Assembly: GCA_965205945.1 (NCBI GenBank)
Contig: CBDBIB010000001.1
Coordinates: 374,051-438,050, forward strand
DNA: 64,000 nt
Direction: 5' to 3'
Source of the DNA: Bdellovibrionales bacterium
GTDB taxonomy: Bacteria > Bdellovibrionota > Bdellovibrionia > Bdellovibrionales > UBA1609
Shown here: piece by piece, positions 20,678 to 31,398 of the stretch
Position numbering within the stretch: position 1 is the stretch's first letter
Layout: the number at the start of each line of letters is the position of its first letter
Translations under genes and position numbers: made by a program
The notes under the pieces: model-generated
Told to the model about the DNA's origin: nothing
Database searches by the model: none
The model's input: the letters and a program-made list of their open reading frames with translations, nothing else

Positions 20678-21084
20678 ATTCTTTTTATTAAATCTGTTGA
20701 AGAAAATCCCTCATAAAACTTTAAAGACTTCACCTCCCCACCCCAGGATAAAACTTGCTTTGCCCCAACAATATTAGAAATTTTATAATCTCCACCTTTT
20801 ACCAAAATATCTGGATGAACTTTCAGTATTAAATTTAAAGGCGTGTCTTCTTTAAAAAGATAAACTTCATCAACGCATGAAAGGGCTAAAAGAACCTCTA
20901 GCCTATTATTTTCAGAAACAACAGGTCTTCTCTCACCTTTTAATCTTTTAACACTTTCATCTGAGTTTAGGCCAATAACTAATTTTGATCCAAGATTTCT
21001 TGCTTGTTGCAAATGTCTAATATGACCAACGTGAAGAAGGTCAAAACAACCATTTGTAAATACTACCTTCTCTTTTTTTTTCAT
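20674..21084 (-). CDS. rfaE2: D-glycero-beta-D-manno-heptose 1-phosphate adenylyltransferase (stand-alone)
   Basis: [36 protein letters not shown]. Confidence 0.92.
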   Translation of the reverse strand: MKKKEKVVFTNGCFDLLHVGHIRHLQQARNLGSKLVIGLNSDESVKRLKGERRPVVSENNRLEVLLALSCVDEVYLFKEDTPLNLILKVHPDILVKGGDYKISNIVGAKQVLSWGGEVKSLKFYEGFSSTDLIKRI

Positions 21085-21091
21085 ACTAGAA

Positions 21092-21835
21092 TTATTTCTT
21101 ATGCTCTACATATGTTTGTAATCCTGAAAAATAATAACCCACATCTTTTTTAAGTATTGAAGATAAAAACGGGAGCAAAAACACTCCCGTACTTAAACAG
21201 GCTACTTCACGAGCCAGTACTTGCACGGGATAAACTATTTTAAAGCGCTGAACAAATAAACCTAGCTGGTGTCTACTTGACCACTCACCTAAAGTCTTTC
21301 CAAAAAACACTCTTGTAAAGAGTTTATATGATAAAAAATACGCTGCAAAAACCACAAAAACTTTTCCAAATTGAAAAAAATTTAAACTTAATTTTTTTTC
21401 AAAATCAAAAAAATATTTCCTAAACTCCACTAAAATTGCCACTGTTAAAATTGTTGCAGCTAAGATTAAAAGAGTATCAATAAACGCTCCTAATAAAGAT
21501 TCACTTGATTTTTTAGCAGTTTTTTTAATTAAACCATCATGGCCTGAGTGAAATAAAATTGGCTGTATAGCTTTAGAAGTTTGAAGCCTTAATTCACCAT
21601 CACTTTCCACATCTAAGACTCCATCATCAAAATCCTCATGTCCGATATCCAGTGTCCCACCATCTGAATAAACCGTATCTGTATGATTCACCTCAACGGT
21701 ATAATTCCCCTTAGAAACTCTATCCTTAAAACCTAAACCTTTAGTTAATGGTTTGGTTTCTAAAAGATTCTCATCAATATCATCAAATATATTCCCTATT
21801 TTATCTTCACCATTAAAACCGCTATTCTTATCCAT
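21092..21835 (-). CDS. RDD-family membrane protein
   Basis: FIDTLL, GKTLGEW motifs; acidic N-terminus with KPLTKGLGF. Confidence 0.65.
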   Translation of the reverse strand: MDKNSGFNGEDKIGNIFDDIDENLLETKPLTKGLGFKDRVSKGNYTVEVNHTDTVYSDGGTLDIGHEDFDDGVLDVESDGELRLQTSKAIQPILFHSGHDGLIKKTAKKSSESLLGAFIDTLLILAATILTVAILVEFRKYFFDFEKKLSLNFFQFGKVFVVFAAYFLSYKLFTRVFFGKTLGEWSSRHQLGLFVQRFKIVYPVQVLAREVACLSTGVFLLPFLSSILKKDVGYYFSGLQTYVEHKK

Positions 21836-21863
21836 AATATTTTTTCCTTAACTACCTTGTATA

Positions 21864-22613
21864 TCACCAGATTTTAAATTTAGATTTTAAAATGGATATG
21901 CCAGCTACGCAAGCAGTTTCAACCTTTAGAATTTGCTTGCCCAACAAAAGGGCCTGAAAACCTACTAAGGTTGCACTAAAAACTTCTTTTTCTAAAAAAC
22001 CACCCTCACCACCAATAAGAATAAAAATATTTTCACATTTTTCACATAGATCTTCAGAATGAAACTCTAGTGGTTTAGCATCTAATGCTTCATAAAATAT
22101 AAAGCCTTTAGCTTGGCCATCATCAAAAAAACGCTTAAATTCTTTTAAAAAAGATTCTAAATCAAATGCCTTATGCACTTTTAAATCTTCACACCGCCCT
22201 GTCTGCTGCATGGCCTGTGTAATTATTTTTTGAATTCTATTATCTTTTAACTTTAATTTTTCAATGTTTTTAAAAAATGATTTTTTAGTAGTTATAGGAT
22301 ACACACTTTTAACTCCAAGTTCTACGGCTTTTTCAATTACATTTTCAAAAACAGCAGGACGTGGATTAGCAAGCACTAAATGAATATATGGTTTTTTTAT
22401 TTTAATAACCTTTCTTCTTGATTTAATAAAAACCTTTGCACAGTTTTTATCAATAAGCTTAACTTGAACTAAATAAGCAAAACCTTTAGATAAAAGCTCA
22501 AAGCCATCTCCCTCACTTCTTCTACAAACCTTAAAGATATGTTTGAATAGATCTTGTTTAATAGTGACTATATCACCAACTGATATTTTTTGATTTAAAG
22601 TGTATCTACGCAT
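21864..22613 (-). CDS. rsmE: 16S rRNA m3U1498 methyltransferase
   Basis: EKAVELGV, AMQQTGR, IGGEGGF, LGKQILKVETA. Confidence 0.93.
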   Translation of the reverse strand: MRRYTLNQKISVGDIVTIKQDLFKHIFKVCRRSEGDGFELLSKGFAYLVQVKLIDKNCAKVFIKSRRKVIKIKKPYIHLVLANPRPAVFENVIEKAVELGVKSVYPITTKKSFFKNIEKLKLKDNRIQKIITQAMQQTGRCEDLKVHKAFDLESFLKEFKRFFDDGQAKGFIFYEALDAKPLEFHSEDLCEKCENIFILIGGEGGFLEKEVFSATLVGFQALLLGKQILKVETACVAGISILKSKFKIW

Positions 22614-23493
22614 TTTTAATAAACTCTAAGCAGGCCCATTCATCTTTTACAGTTCTTTTAAAAAGTTTAAGTCCTTCTTGTAAAAATTCATTTCGTATGT
22701 TTTCTTCATTTTCTAATAAAATACCTGAAAGGATAAGTTTTTTCTTTGTTCTAGACACCAAGTCCTTTTTAATTCGTAAAAGAACGCCATCAATAATATT
22801 AGCAACAACTAAATCATACACCTGTGTACCTAAAAGGTCTGGGGCTACTACTAAAACTTTAGAACAATTATTGAGCTTAAGATTTTGTCTACACTTACTT
22901 CTTGCCATTTTATCTATTTCACAAGCTGTAACTTTTAAAACACCTTGTTTAAACATAAGGCAAGACAATATTCCCGTTCCAGATCCCATATCTAAGGCGC
23001 TGTTATAGCCATGATTTTTTAAATTAAGACTATTTGATAACGCTATTAAACACAGTTTTGTTGTAGGATGTGTTCCCGTACCAAATGCTAAACCTGGATC
23101 AACTAAAATCACTTCTTGATTATTTTTAATATTTTCTTTTTCCCATGAAGGATAAACCCATAAATTTTTAATAACACAAAAAGGTTTATAATGTTTTTTC
23201 CATTCCACTAGCCAATCTTTATCAGGCTCTAAAAAAAAGGTTGCTCCTAATTGTTTATACTTTTTAAGTTTAACAAGAGATTCAATCTTTTCTTTATCTT
23301 TTAATAAAAAAAAAGCCTTAAGCACTGTGTATTCACGTGGGATAATTTCAGGTTCATATTTTTTATTTGTTTGAATAAAATCTAGTTCTTCTAACACCCC
23401 TAGTGCACCAAGTTTAAATAAGTTATAACAAATCTCTTCACTATTTTTTTGAAAAACTTTATTTAAATTAAGCTTAACATAAGAAGAACTCAT
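22606..23493 (-). CDS. prmA: Ribosomal protein L11 methyltransferase
   Basis: DPGLAFGTGTHPTT, LDMGSGTGIL, VANI, LSGIL. Confidence 0.95.
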   Translation of the reverse strand: MSSSYVKLNLNKVFQKNSEEICYNLFKLGALGVLEELDFIQTNKKYEPEIIPREYTVLKAFFLLKDKEKIESLVKLKKYKQLGATFFLEPDKDWLVEWKKHYKPFCVIKNLWVYPSWEKENIKNNQEVILVDPGLAFGTGTHPTTKLCLIALSNSLNLKNHGYNSALDMGSGTGILSCLMFKQGVLKVTACEIDKMARSKCRQNLKLNNCSKVLVVAPDLLGTQVYDLVVANIIDGVLLRIKKDLVSRTKKKLILSGILLENEENIRNEFLQEGLKLFKRTVKDEWACLEFIKNA

Positions 23494-23497
23494 AAAT

Positions 23498-23710
23498 TCA
23501 TAAGAGGTCGGCTGTTACTTGAATTTTTGATTCACTAGATGACGCTAGAATTTCACCATTTTTTTTACTCAACTCTTCTCTTTGAACACGTTTTTCTTTT
23601 GGAGCTTCAATCCCAATTCTAACTTGTTTACCTTTAACTTGAATAACTCGAATAAGGATATCCTCATCAATTTTTATACCTTCCCCAACCTTCCTAGTAA
23701 GGACTAACAT
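23498..23710 (-). CDS. csrA: Carbon storage regulator
   Basis: [14 protein letters not shown]...[24 protein letters not shown] before ATG 23710. Confidence 0.95.
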   Translation of the reverse strand: MLVLTRKVGEGIKIDEDILIRVIQVKGKQVRIGIEAPKEKRVQREELSKKNGEILASSSESKIQVTADLL

Positions 23711-23836
23711 ATTCCTCCTCCACAAAACTTTAAACACTTTTATGAGAAAGTCATATTTATGTCAAAAAATTTGAAAATAAAGGTTCCATATTATATAGAT
23801 ACTTCCAAAGGATTGTATTAATTATAGTGTTTAGGG

Positions 23837-24058
23837 CTATTTTCTAGAGTTTTTCTCCCTTTCTACCTCCAGTTTAGTTATAAGGGCTTCTGCAATATCT
23901 TTAGAATCAGGGTTGTAAAGACCTTGCTCAAACAAAGCTTTTAGCCTTAAAAGCTTTTCTTCTTTAGATTCTGGACAAGGAGTATTTATAGCCTTCTCTT
24001 TTTTCTTAGCTTTTTTATACCTAAGTCCTTGTAAAGGCGTTACTTCTTTTGAGTTCAT
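23837..24058 (-). CDS. flgM: Anti-sigma-28 factor FlgM (short)
   Basis: EEKLLRLKALFEQGLYNPDSKDIAEALI matches the FlgM C-terminal sigma-binding motif. Confidence 0.75.
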   Translation of the reverse strand: MNSKEVTPLQGLRYKKAKKKEKAINTPCPESKEEKLLRLKALFEQGLYNPDSKDIAEALITKLEVEREKNSRK

Positions 24059-25002
24059 TTACTTAAAAGTTCTTTAATAGACCCTAGAGCTCCAAGTGAT
24101 GTTGAGGCCTCATAAGGAATAAAAACTTTATCACCTTCTTTTTGAGTGAATTTACCAAATTCCTCCAGATAATTAGTAGCTATTAGAAATTGAGTCGCAA
24201 GTTCAGGGTTTCCTATTGCTGATTTAATTTCTTCTATAGCCGTTCTTTTAGCCCCAGCAACACTTTTAATCGCTTCAGCTTCACCTTCAGCTCTACGAAC
24301 TCTAGCCTCTTTATCACCTTCAGAAATATTTATTTGCTCCTGACGAATACCTTCAGATCTTTGAATTCTAGATTGCTTATCGCCTTCAGCTTCAAGTACT
24401 TTAGCTCTTCTTTCACGTTCTGCCTGCATCTGTTTTTCCATAGCATTTTGAATATCTCTTGGAGGATTGATGTTTTTAAGCTCAACTCTATTAACCTTTG
24501 TGCCCCATTTATCTGTAGCTTCATCTAAAATTTCTTTTAATTTTGTATTGATTATATCTCTTGATGCTAAAGTTTCATCTAAATCCATTTCACCAATAAC
24601 ATTTCTTAAAGATGTCTGAGCAAGCTGGCTAACTGCAATTGGTAGGTTTGCAATTTCATATGTTGCCTTTAAAGGATCCATAACTTGAATATATAAAAGA
24701 GCATCAATATCAATAGTTACATTGTCTTTTGTAATGACTGCTTGTTGTGGCACATCTAAAACAGTTTCCCGAAGATCAATCCTTATTGTTGAAAATATAC
24801 CGGCCTGATCAATCCAATACATATCTCTTGGCTTTTCAACAAATGGAATTAAAAAATTTAAACCGCTCTTTAAGGTTCTATTATAACTCCCCAAACTTTC
24901 AATAATCATACATTCACTTTGACGAATGACCTTAACCCCTGCAGAAATTGTAAATAACGCAAGCACAATTACTGCAACTGTTAATAAAACCCCTATACTC
25001 AT
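24055..25002 (-). CDS. qmcA: SPFH/stomatin-like protein (QmcA type)
   Basis: VITKDNV, LRNVIGEMDLDETL, WGTKVNRVE, QMQAERERRA. Confidence 0.9.
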   Translation of the reverse strand: MSIGVLLTVAVIVLALFTISAGVKVIRQSECMIIESLGSYNRTLKSGLNFLIPFVEKPRDMYWIDQAGIFSTIRIDLRETVLDVPQQAVITKDNVTIDIDALLYIQVMDPLKATYEIANLPIAVSQLAQTSLRNVIGEMDLDETLASRDIINTKLKEILDEATDKWGTKVNRVELKNINPPRDIQNAMEKQMQAERERRAKVLEAEGDKQSRIQRSEGIRQEQINISEGDKEARVRRAEGEAEAIKSVAGAKRTAIEEIKSAIGNPELATQFLIATNYLEEFGKFTQKEGDKVFIPYEASTSLGALGSIKELLSK

Positions 25003-25028
25003 AAAATATCTCCTTTATGTTTAAACTT

Positions 25029-25481
25029 TTATTCTAATACTAATTTGTTTCCATCTACCTTTATAACCAAAGCATATTCCCCAACGTCATAAGTTCTTTT
25101 AGACATTGAATACACTCTCCATCTATCTCCATAAAGTTTGGCCTCTCCAAACTTTGAGCCTTTGATTTTTTGAGTAATAAAAACTTTCTGACCCTTTATT
25201 CCCTCTACATTTGTATCAATAGCAAAGCGGCTCTTACTAGTAAATTTTAATTGAAATTGAAAAAGCCAAATTAAAAAAGCCAAACTTATTGCAAGGGCAA
25301 TTAAAATAGCTAAAGAAGTCGTAAGAAAGATCGCTGCCATAGAGGCCCCTATAAACGCTAAACCAATAGGTAGTAAAATAAACCCCGGAGCAAAAATCTC
25401 TAGTGCAGAAAGAAGTACACCTAAAACAGCCAGAGCTTCCCAGACTTTAATCGAGTAATTAAATATAAAAAACTCTACCAA
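25029..25481 (-). CDS. NfeD-family membrane protein
   Basis: TM helices LEIFAPGF plus OB-fold tail (GDRW...VDGNKL); partner of the SPFH gene. Confidence 0.88.
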   Translation of the reverse strand: MVEFFIFNYSIKVWEALAVLGVLLSALEIFAPGFILLPIGLAFIGASMAAIFLTTSLAILIALAISLAFLIWLFQFQLKFTSKSRFAIDTNVEGIKGQKVFITQKIKGSKFGEAKLYGDRWRVYSMSKRTYDVGEYALVIKVDGNKLVLE

Positions 25482-25590
25482 AACACCTCCCCCTCTTTTA
25501 AATAAAATACCATCATACTAAAGGATTGTGTTTAGGTGGAGTTTTAAAAAAAAATAGACCCATTCCTACAAATAAGGATAGACTTAAACA

Positions 25591-26426
25591 ATGAAAAAAT
25601 ATTTAGCTACATTCTTTTTTATAACATGCTGCGCAGCTCCATCATATGGGACCCTAAAACCTTCTCAAAACCCAAAAGTTTTAAAATGGATTAAAATATT
25701 TCAAAAAACAGTGATACCTATTTTAACAATTGGCTAGTAAAGTCAAAAAAAAAACTTCCAAAAATAAAATCCCTTTTAAAAAAACAAGGGTTACCTACTG
25801 ACCTAGCATACCTTCCTCTAATTGAAAGCGGATTAAACCCAAAAGCTGTAAGTTCAGCAAGCGCTACAGGGTACTGGCAATTTATGAAACCCACAGCACT
25901 GCAATACGGACTTCATATAAGCTGGTGGCTTGACGAACGCAGAGATCTTATTAAAAGCACTTGGGCTGCAGGACGCTACCTTAGCGTTCTTTATCGTATA
26001 TTTAATGATTGGCATTTAGCTCTTTCAGCATATAACATGGGAGAAAATAGGCTTAAAAAACTTATACAACAACACAGAACTCGTGATTTTTGGACCTTAT
26101 CTGAAAAAAAAAACTTTCCTAAAGAAACTAAGGAATATATTCCAAAGTTCTTAGCCGCAGCACTTATTGCCAAAAACCCTAAATACTACGGCTTTAATAT
26201 AACCTACTCTTTAAAACCCTATTCCTACACTTACCAATTCGTTCCAGGTGGTACCGACCTTATACGAATTGCACAACAACTAGATATCTCACCACTAGAA
26301 ATAAAAGAACTCAACCCTGAGTTAAAAAGATCTTTTGTTCCTAAAGAAGTCTCTTCCCATCGAATTCGAGTTCCTAATGATTTTAGAAAAAAAGTTGCGC
26401 TTTATTTTACAGAAAATATCCGCTAG
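25591..26426 (+). pseudogene. MltD-like lytic transglycosylase + LysM, split by a 1-nt frameshift at the A6 run 25703-25708
   Basis: Signal peptide ORF from ATG 25591 stops at 25737; the -1 frame continues ...GLPTDLAYLPLIESG...ATGYWQFM into ORF 25884-26426 (AYNMGE, ETKEY, LNPEL). Confidence 0.8.
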
Positions 26427-26436
26427 AAACAATAAA

Positions 26437-27612
26437 ATGAGGGTTTTAAAATTTGGCGGAAAAAGCTTAAGTTCCATAGAGAAAATAAACTTAATAGCCT
26501 TAAAGATATCAAAACAAATTAAAACTAACCAAGATGAGCAACTCATTATTGTTGTTAGCGCTATGGGAGACACCACTTGCCAACTTCTTAAGCTGGCCTT
26601 AAAAGTAAAACCTTTTTCTTCAAATACAAATTCTAATAGAGAGCTTGATATGCTTCTAGCCTCAGGTGAACGAGTAAGTGCAGCCCTTCTTTCACTAGCA
26701 CTTCAAAAGCACAATATCCCATCAATAAGCTTTACTGGAAGCCAAGCCGGAATACTCACCCAAGGAAAACACAGCAATTCCTCCATTAAGGAGATTAAAC
26801 CTTATCGTATAAATGAGACCTTACAAAAAGGTGTTATACCCATTATCGCAGGTTTTCAGGGAGTCAATCCCATTACAAAAGATGTTACAACACTTGGTCG
26901 TGGAGGGTCTGACCTTACAGCCTGTGCATTAGCACACCATTATAAATGCACTGCAGAGCTTTATAAAGCTGTTGATGGAATACATACATGTGACCCTAAT
27001 ATTGTAAATGATACTAAACTTATAGTAGAGCTTGATTACAATTTTTTACAATCTTTAAGCTCTTTAGGTAGTCAAATTTTACATGATAAAGCCGCTGATT
27101 TTATAAAAAAAAATCAAACTCTCCTATGCTTTTTATCTGATCAAACGTTTAAACCTCTAACTTACGTTAAAACCCATACTAATATAGACAGTTTTTCAGT
27201 AACCTGCTTAGACTATATCTTAGCTCTTAAAATTAATAACTTACAAATACCTAAAGCTTTTTTATTTCTTAAAAATGAATTTTCCGACTTAAATTTTAAA
27301 ATCTTAGCATCAGTTTACGATGACAATGATTCAAGATTTTTAATCAGTACAAACTCAACACATAAAGGTATTTTTTTAAAAAATAAGAATATAAAAATAC
27401 TAGACGATTCATTAGTTGCCGTGAGTGCAGTTTTTAGTTCATCAAAAGACAATCATTTCTTGTCTGAAATAACTTTAAAACTAAATGATTTTAAAATTAA
27501 ACGTTTTTTAGAAACTTCTAAAAGACTTACTTTTTTTATAGATCAGACAAAAAAAAAGGAGTTTATATTAAAACTCCACTCCATTTTATCTTCTTCCCCA
27601 TCAATTCACTAG
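26437..27612 (+). CDS. lysC: Aspartate kinase
   Basis: MRVLKFGG, VVSAMGDTT, DMLLASGE, TTLGRGGSD. Confidence 0.88.
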   Translation: MRVLKFGGKSLSSIEKINLIALKISKQIKTNQDEQLIIVVSAMGDTTCQLLKLALKVKPFSSNTNSNRELDMLLASGERVSAALLSLALQKHNIPSISFTGSQAGILTQGKHSNSSIKEIKPYRINETLQKGVIPIIAGFQGVNPITKDVTTLGRGGSDLTACALAHHYKCTAELYKAVDGIHTCDPNIVNDTKLIVELDYNFLQSLSSLGSQILHDKAADFIKKNQTLLCFLSDQTFKPLTYVKTHTNIDSFSVTCLDYILALKINNLQIPKAFLFLKNEFSDLNFKILASVYDDNDSRFLISTNSTHKGIFLKNKNIKILDDSLVAVSAVFSSSKDNHFLSEITLKLNDFKIKRFLETSKRLTFFIDQTKKKEFILKLHSILSSSPSIH

Positions 27613-27745
27613 CATGATAAATTTGTGTATGGCATAAGAAAATTTTTTAAAATAGGTACGAGCCATAGCTCTTTAAATTAATTAAAGCTGGAGCTGATAA
27701 ATAAAAATCCCCTAATTTAAGAGCTTTTACATGGACTTTATTCGA

Positions 27746-29020
27746 CTAAAAGTAACTTAATGACTTAAGCCATGTGTCTAAGGGCAAGCTTTCAGCAATG
27801 CGTATAAGTTCGTTATACTTTGCCGTTCTCTCTCCCCTACACAAGCTTCCCGTCTTAATTTGACTACAGTTAAGCCCCACGCAAAGATGTGAAATTGATA
27901 CATCTTCAGTTTCACCACTTCTATGAGACATAACTGTTTTAAGGCCATTTTCATGCATTAAAGCTACAGCCTGAATCGTTTCTGTAACTGTTCCTATTTG
28001 ATTAGGTTTCACTAAAAGGGCATTTGCTGATTTTTCCTCTAACCCACGCTTAATACGCTCAACATTAGTTACAAATAGATCATCCCCAACAAGTTGAACC
28101 CTATCTCCGTAAGCAGCTTGTGCGTAAGCCCAGCCAGACCAATCCTCTTCAGAAAAACCATCTTCAATACTAATAATTGGATATTTTTCAATCATCCCTT
28201 CATAAACCTTAGACATCTCTTTAAAGCTTAGGTTTTTTCCTTCAAACTCATATTTTTTAGTGGATTTATCGTAAAACTCAGTGGCTGCCACATCTATAGC
28301 CAAAAAAATTTCTTTTCCAGTAGTATAGCCCGCCTCTTTTATAGCTTCCATTAATAAATCTAAAGCTTGCATATTATTTTTAAGTTCAGGGGCAAAGCCA
28401 CCCTCATCACCAACAGCTGTAGACTTTCCCTTAATCTCTAGTATTTTTTTAAGACTTTGGAAAATCTCAGCACCAGCTCTAATAGCATCAAAAAACGTCT
28501 GACCACACCTTGGAATAATCATAAACTCTTGAATATCTAAACCATTGTTTGAGTGCACCCCTCCATTTAAAACATTCATAAGGGGGATTGGCAGTTTATA
28601 AGGTTTTGCCTTATTATAAAAAAGTTTATAATATGGAATATTTTTTTCCATGGCTTCTAATTTTGAAAATGCTAAAGATAAACCCAAAAGAGTGTTAGCC
28701 CCATAATTTGATTTATTCTTAGTTTCTTCAGCATTTAAAAGCCATGAATCAAATTCACCAAAGTTATTAAACCCTTGCCCTTTAAATTTTTCAAATAATT
28801 TAAGAACGTTGTTTCTAGCCTGTAAAACACCTTTTCCTGAAAACTTAGTCTTATCCCCATCTCGAAGCTCATAGGCTTCAAAAGCACCCGTTGAAGCACC
28901 TGATGGAACAGCTGCTCTAGAGGCTAGCCCATTTTTTGACATCATTTCAACTTCTAATGTCGGGTTCCCTCTTGAGTCTAATATTTGCCTTGCCTTTATA
29001 GCAGTTATAACCGTTTCCAT
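27746..29020 (-). CDS. eno: Enolase
   Basis: LDSRGNPTLE, VPSGASTG, GDEGGFAP, SHRSGETED. Confidence 0.98.
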   Translation of the reverse strand: METVITAIKARQILDSRGNPTLEVEMMSKNGLASRAAVPSGASTGAFEAYELRDGDKTKFSGKGVLQARNNVLKLFEKFKGQGFNNFGEFDSWLLNAEETKNKSNYGANTLLGLSLAFSKLEAMEKNIPYYKLFYNKAKPYKLPIPLMNVLNGGVHSNNGLDIQEFMIIPRCGQTFFDAIRAGAEIFQSLKKILEIKGKSTAVGDEGGFAPELKNNMQALDLLMEAIKEAGYTTGKEIFLAIDVAATEFYDKSTKKYEFEGKNLSFKEMSKVYEGMIEKYPIISIEDGFSEEDWSGWAYAQAAYGDRVQLVGDDLFVTNVERIKRGLEEKSANALLVKPNQIGTVTETIQAVALMHENGLKTVMSHRSGETEDVSISHLCVGLNCSQIKTGSLCRGERTAKYNELIRIAESLPLDTWLKSLSYF

Positions 29021-29038
29021 AAAACCTTCTCCTAATTT

Positions 29039-29983
29039 CTAATGATCTAAGCTTAGACCTATCTGCTCGCCCTTATATAAAGGAGGAGGTAGAGTAGTTG
29101 GCAAGATAGTGGGACTCGTTAATTTATTTTTTATATCTTCAACTTTTTTATTATGAAGGCCTTTAAGTTGATGCCAATTAAGCTTTTTAATCGCCTCTTT
29201 AAACCACTTTTTTTGATCAAACTCAGCTCTTAAAAGAACTATCAATTGGTATGACCTTAAGAAATAATCATTTAAAATCTCTACATCTTGAATGATTTTT
29301 TCAATGTCAATATTAACTGATTTTAAATTTTTAGCTTTATATTTAAGGTCTAAAATTTCGCTCTGTTGTCTTTGAATAATCTTAACCGCTTCTTTATAAA
29401 TTTCAGGTTTAAAGTTTAAAGGCTCTTTTTTTTCTTCAAAAAACGAATCTTGTTTTTTTGACCAATCAATAGAAACAAAAGTTTCTGCCCAATTTACTAA
29501 AGACACCTCTACCCCTACATACTTTGAAACAACCTCTAAAGCTCCTGCTAAATAATCCGTAACCAACGGCATCTCATCTGAGGATAAAGAAACCTTAAAC
29601 TTTGACAGCTTTTTAGAACGTTTAATCCAAGAAAAATTTAAATCCGGCCTTACAAAATATGATAAAAACTTTTCAGGATACTCAAAAATTTCAGATGGTG
29701 ATTGTAAAATTCTTAAGACCTGATCTAAAAGACCCCAGCCCCTAATATCTAAAGCTTTTAAAGCAACTTCTTTAGGACAAAAGTCAAGAAAATCCCTACT
29801 CACTAAATCTAAAAATAGTTCAACTTGATCTGCCTTAATCCACGCCTCAGAATCAAAAGCTTTGTATGCTAACAAATCTGCTTGCTCAAGATAGTTACCA
29901 ACAGCAACCCCTTTAGCCTCAAGATCCATACATACTGATTTAGTTATCTTAGCACTTAGCTCTAAAGTAGTTAATGGCTCCAC
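29039..29983 (-). CDS. Hypothetical protein
   Basis: 314-aa ORF, no recognised motif. Confidence 0.65.
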   Translation of the reverse strand: MEPLTTLELSAKITKSVCMDLEAKGVAVGNYLEQADLLAYKAFDSEAWIKADQVELFLDLVSRDFLDFCPKEVALKALDIRGWGLLDQVLRILQSPSEIFEYPEKFLSYFVRPDLNFSWIKRSKKLSKFKVSLSSDEMPLVTDYLAGALEVVSKYVGVEVSLVNWAETFVSIDWSKKQDSFFEEKKEPLNFKPEIYKEAVKIIQRQQSEILDLKYKAKNLKSVNIDIEKIIQDVEILNDYFLRSYQLIVLLRAEFDQKKWFKEAIKKLNWHQLKGLHNKKVEDIKNKLTSPTILPTTLPPPLYKGEQIGLSLDH

Positions 29984-30040
29984 ACAGATTTGTTATCCAT
30001 TTTTTTAAAAAGAGTCATCTTTAATAATATTAAGGCTAAT

Positions 30041-31162
30041 TCAAGCTGCCTTTTTATTAAACAAAGACCTTGAAAACGGTATGGCATTATCTTCAATTTC
30101 ACCCATAAAAGTTGGTGTGTTTACAGGCTCTAATCTACCCTTAAGCTTTCCATCAGACTGCTTGATTAATCTACTCATTCTAAACACATCCATATACTCA
30201 TAGTTTCCCTTAGTATCCATTCCTAAAACTTCAGTAATACCAGAAATTCTTCTACTGCCATCTGAAAACCTTGAGACTTGAACAATAAGGTCTACTGCTG
30301 CAGAAATTTGTTGTAATAATGCTGTTTCAGAAATTTTAACATTGCCACTCTGCGCCAGAGCCTGAAGGCGAGTTAAAGATTCAGATGCTGCATTAGCATG
30401 CACAGTTCCCATACAACCTTTATGCCCTGTACTCATAGCTTGAATCAATTCTAAAGCTTCTGGCCCGCGCACTTCTCCCACAATAATCCTATCTGGACGT
30501 AAACGAAGGCTTGAAACCACAAGATCTCTAATACTTACTTCAGTATCACCGCGCTCATTAGCCATTCTAGTTTCAAAAAACACAACATGCTCATACTCAA
30601 CTTTTAATTCTGTTGAATCTTCAATAACAATAATTCTCTCACCTGAAGGAATTCGGGAAGTTAAAAGACCTAATAAAGTTGTCTTACCTGAGCCTGTTCC
30701 TCCACTTACTAAAATATTTTTACCTAATCTCATAGCTGCATCTAAAAACTGTGCACCTTCAACAGTAATGGCACCTAATTGTACATATTTTTTAAATGTC
30801 ATATCTGACTTAAAAAATTTTCGAATAGCAACTGTTGTTCCTTTACGTGACATTGGTGGAAGTACTGCATGTATTCTTGAACCGTCAGGAAGTCGCGCAT
30901 CAAGCCTTGGCTCAATATCAGTAATTCTCCTACCAACCGATTGAGCAATAGCATTTATGGCAGCACGAAGGGCATCCTCATCTGGAAATTTTGCATCTGA
31001 AAGCACCATCTTACCACCACGTTCAATAAATATTTCATCTGAACCATTAATTAAAATTTCAGAAACCGTATCATCTTCTAAAAGAGAATGAATTGGTGCT
31101 AAATTATTTTTAATAGCAGCCTGAAAGACCCCTTCTTCTTCATTTTTTTTTTCATCCCTCAT
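30041..31162 (-). CDS. cpaF: CpaF/TadA-family secretion/pilus ATPase
   Basis: DARLPDGSR, GGTGSGKTT, IEDSTEL, LRLRPDRIIVGEVRG, TGHKG. Confidence 0.92.
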   Translation of the reverse strand: MRDEKKNEEEGVFQAAIKNNLAPIHSLLEDDTVSEILINGSDEIFIERGGKMVLSDAKFPDEDALRAAINAIAQSVGRRITDIEPRLDARLPDGSRIHAVLPPMSRKGTTVAIRKFFKSDMTFKKYVQLGAITVEGAQFLDAAMRLGKNILVSGGTGSGKTTLLGLLTSRIPSGERIIVIEDSTELKVEYEHVVFFETRMANERGDTEVSIRDLVVSSLRLRPDRIIVGEVRGPEALELIQAMSTGHKGCMGTVHANAASESLTRLQALAQSGNVKISETALLQQISAAVDLIVQVSRFSDGSRRISGITEVLGMDTKGNYEYMDVFRMSRLIKQSDGKLKGRLEPVNTPTFMGEIEDNAIPFSRSLFNKKAA

Positions 31163-31169
31163 ACTAAAG

Positions 31170-31196
31170 TTATCGGCATTTTATAGTTTTATGTTA
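31170..31196 (-). promoter_or_regulatory. Sigma-28 (FliA) promoter of cpaF
   Basis: Minus strand TAAC-N15-GCCGATAA; perfect -10 element ending 7 nt before the ATG. Confidence 0.65.
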
Positions 31197-31398
31197 AATC
31201 CTAATAGACCTAGGCCTTTATCTATATTATTTTAAACCCTTTGCTTAAAATAGAACGGTTAAATACAAAAACAGGGTTCTACGATTATAATGTCATAAGT
31301 AAAGCTAAAAAAAGAAATTTATTTAAAAACTCTTATAAACTTTCCCAGTAATCAATAGATTAAATACAGGTTACAAAAAACAATGGCCAAAGTCTTAG

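Noticed and set aside
31172..31199. dif-like site (TTATGTTAAAT equals the XerD arm)
   Set aside because: No CATAA XerC arm at 6-bp spacing, no visible skew switch, and it overlaps the sigma-28 promoter.
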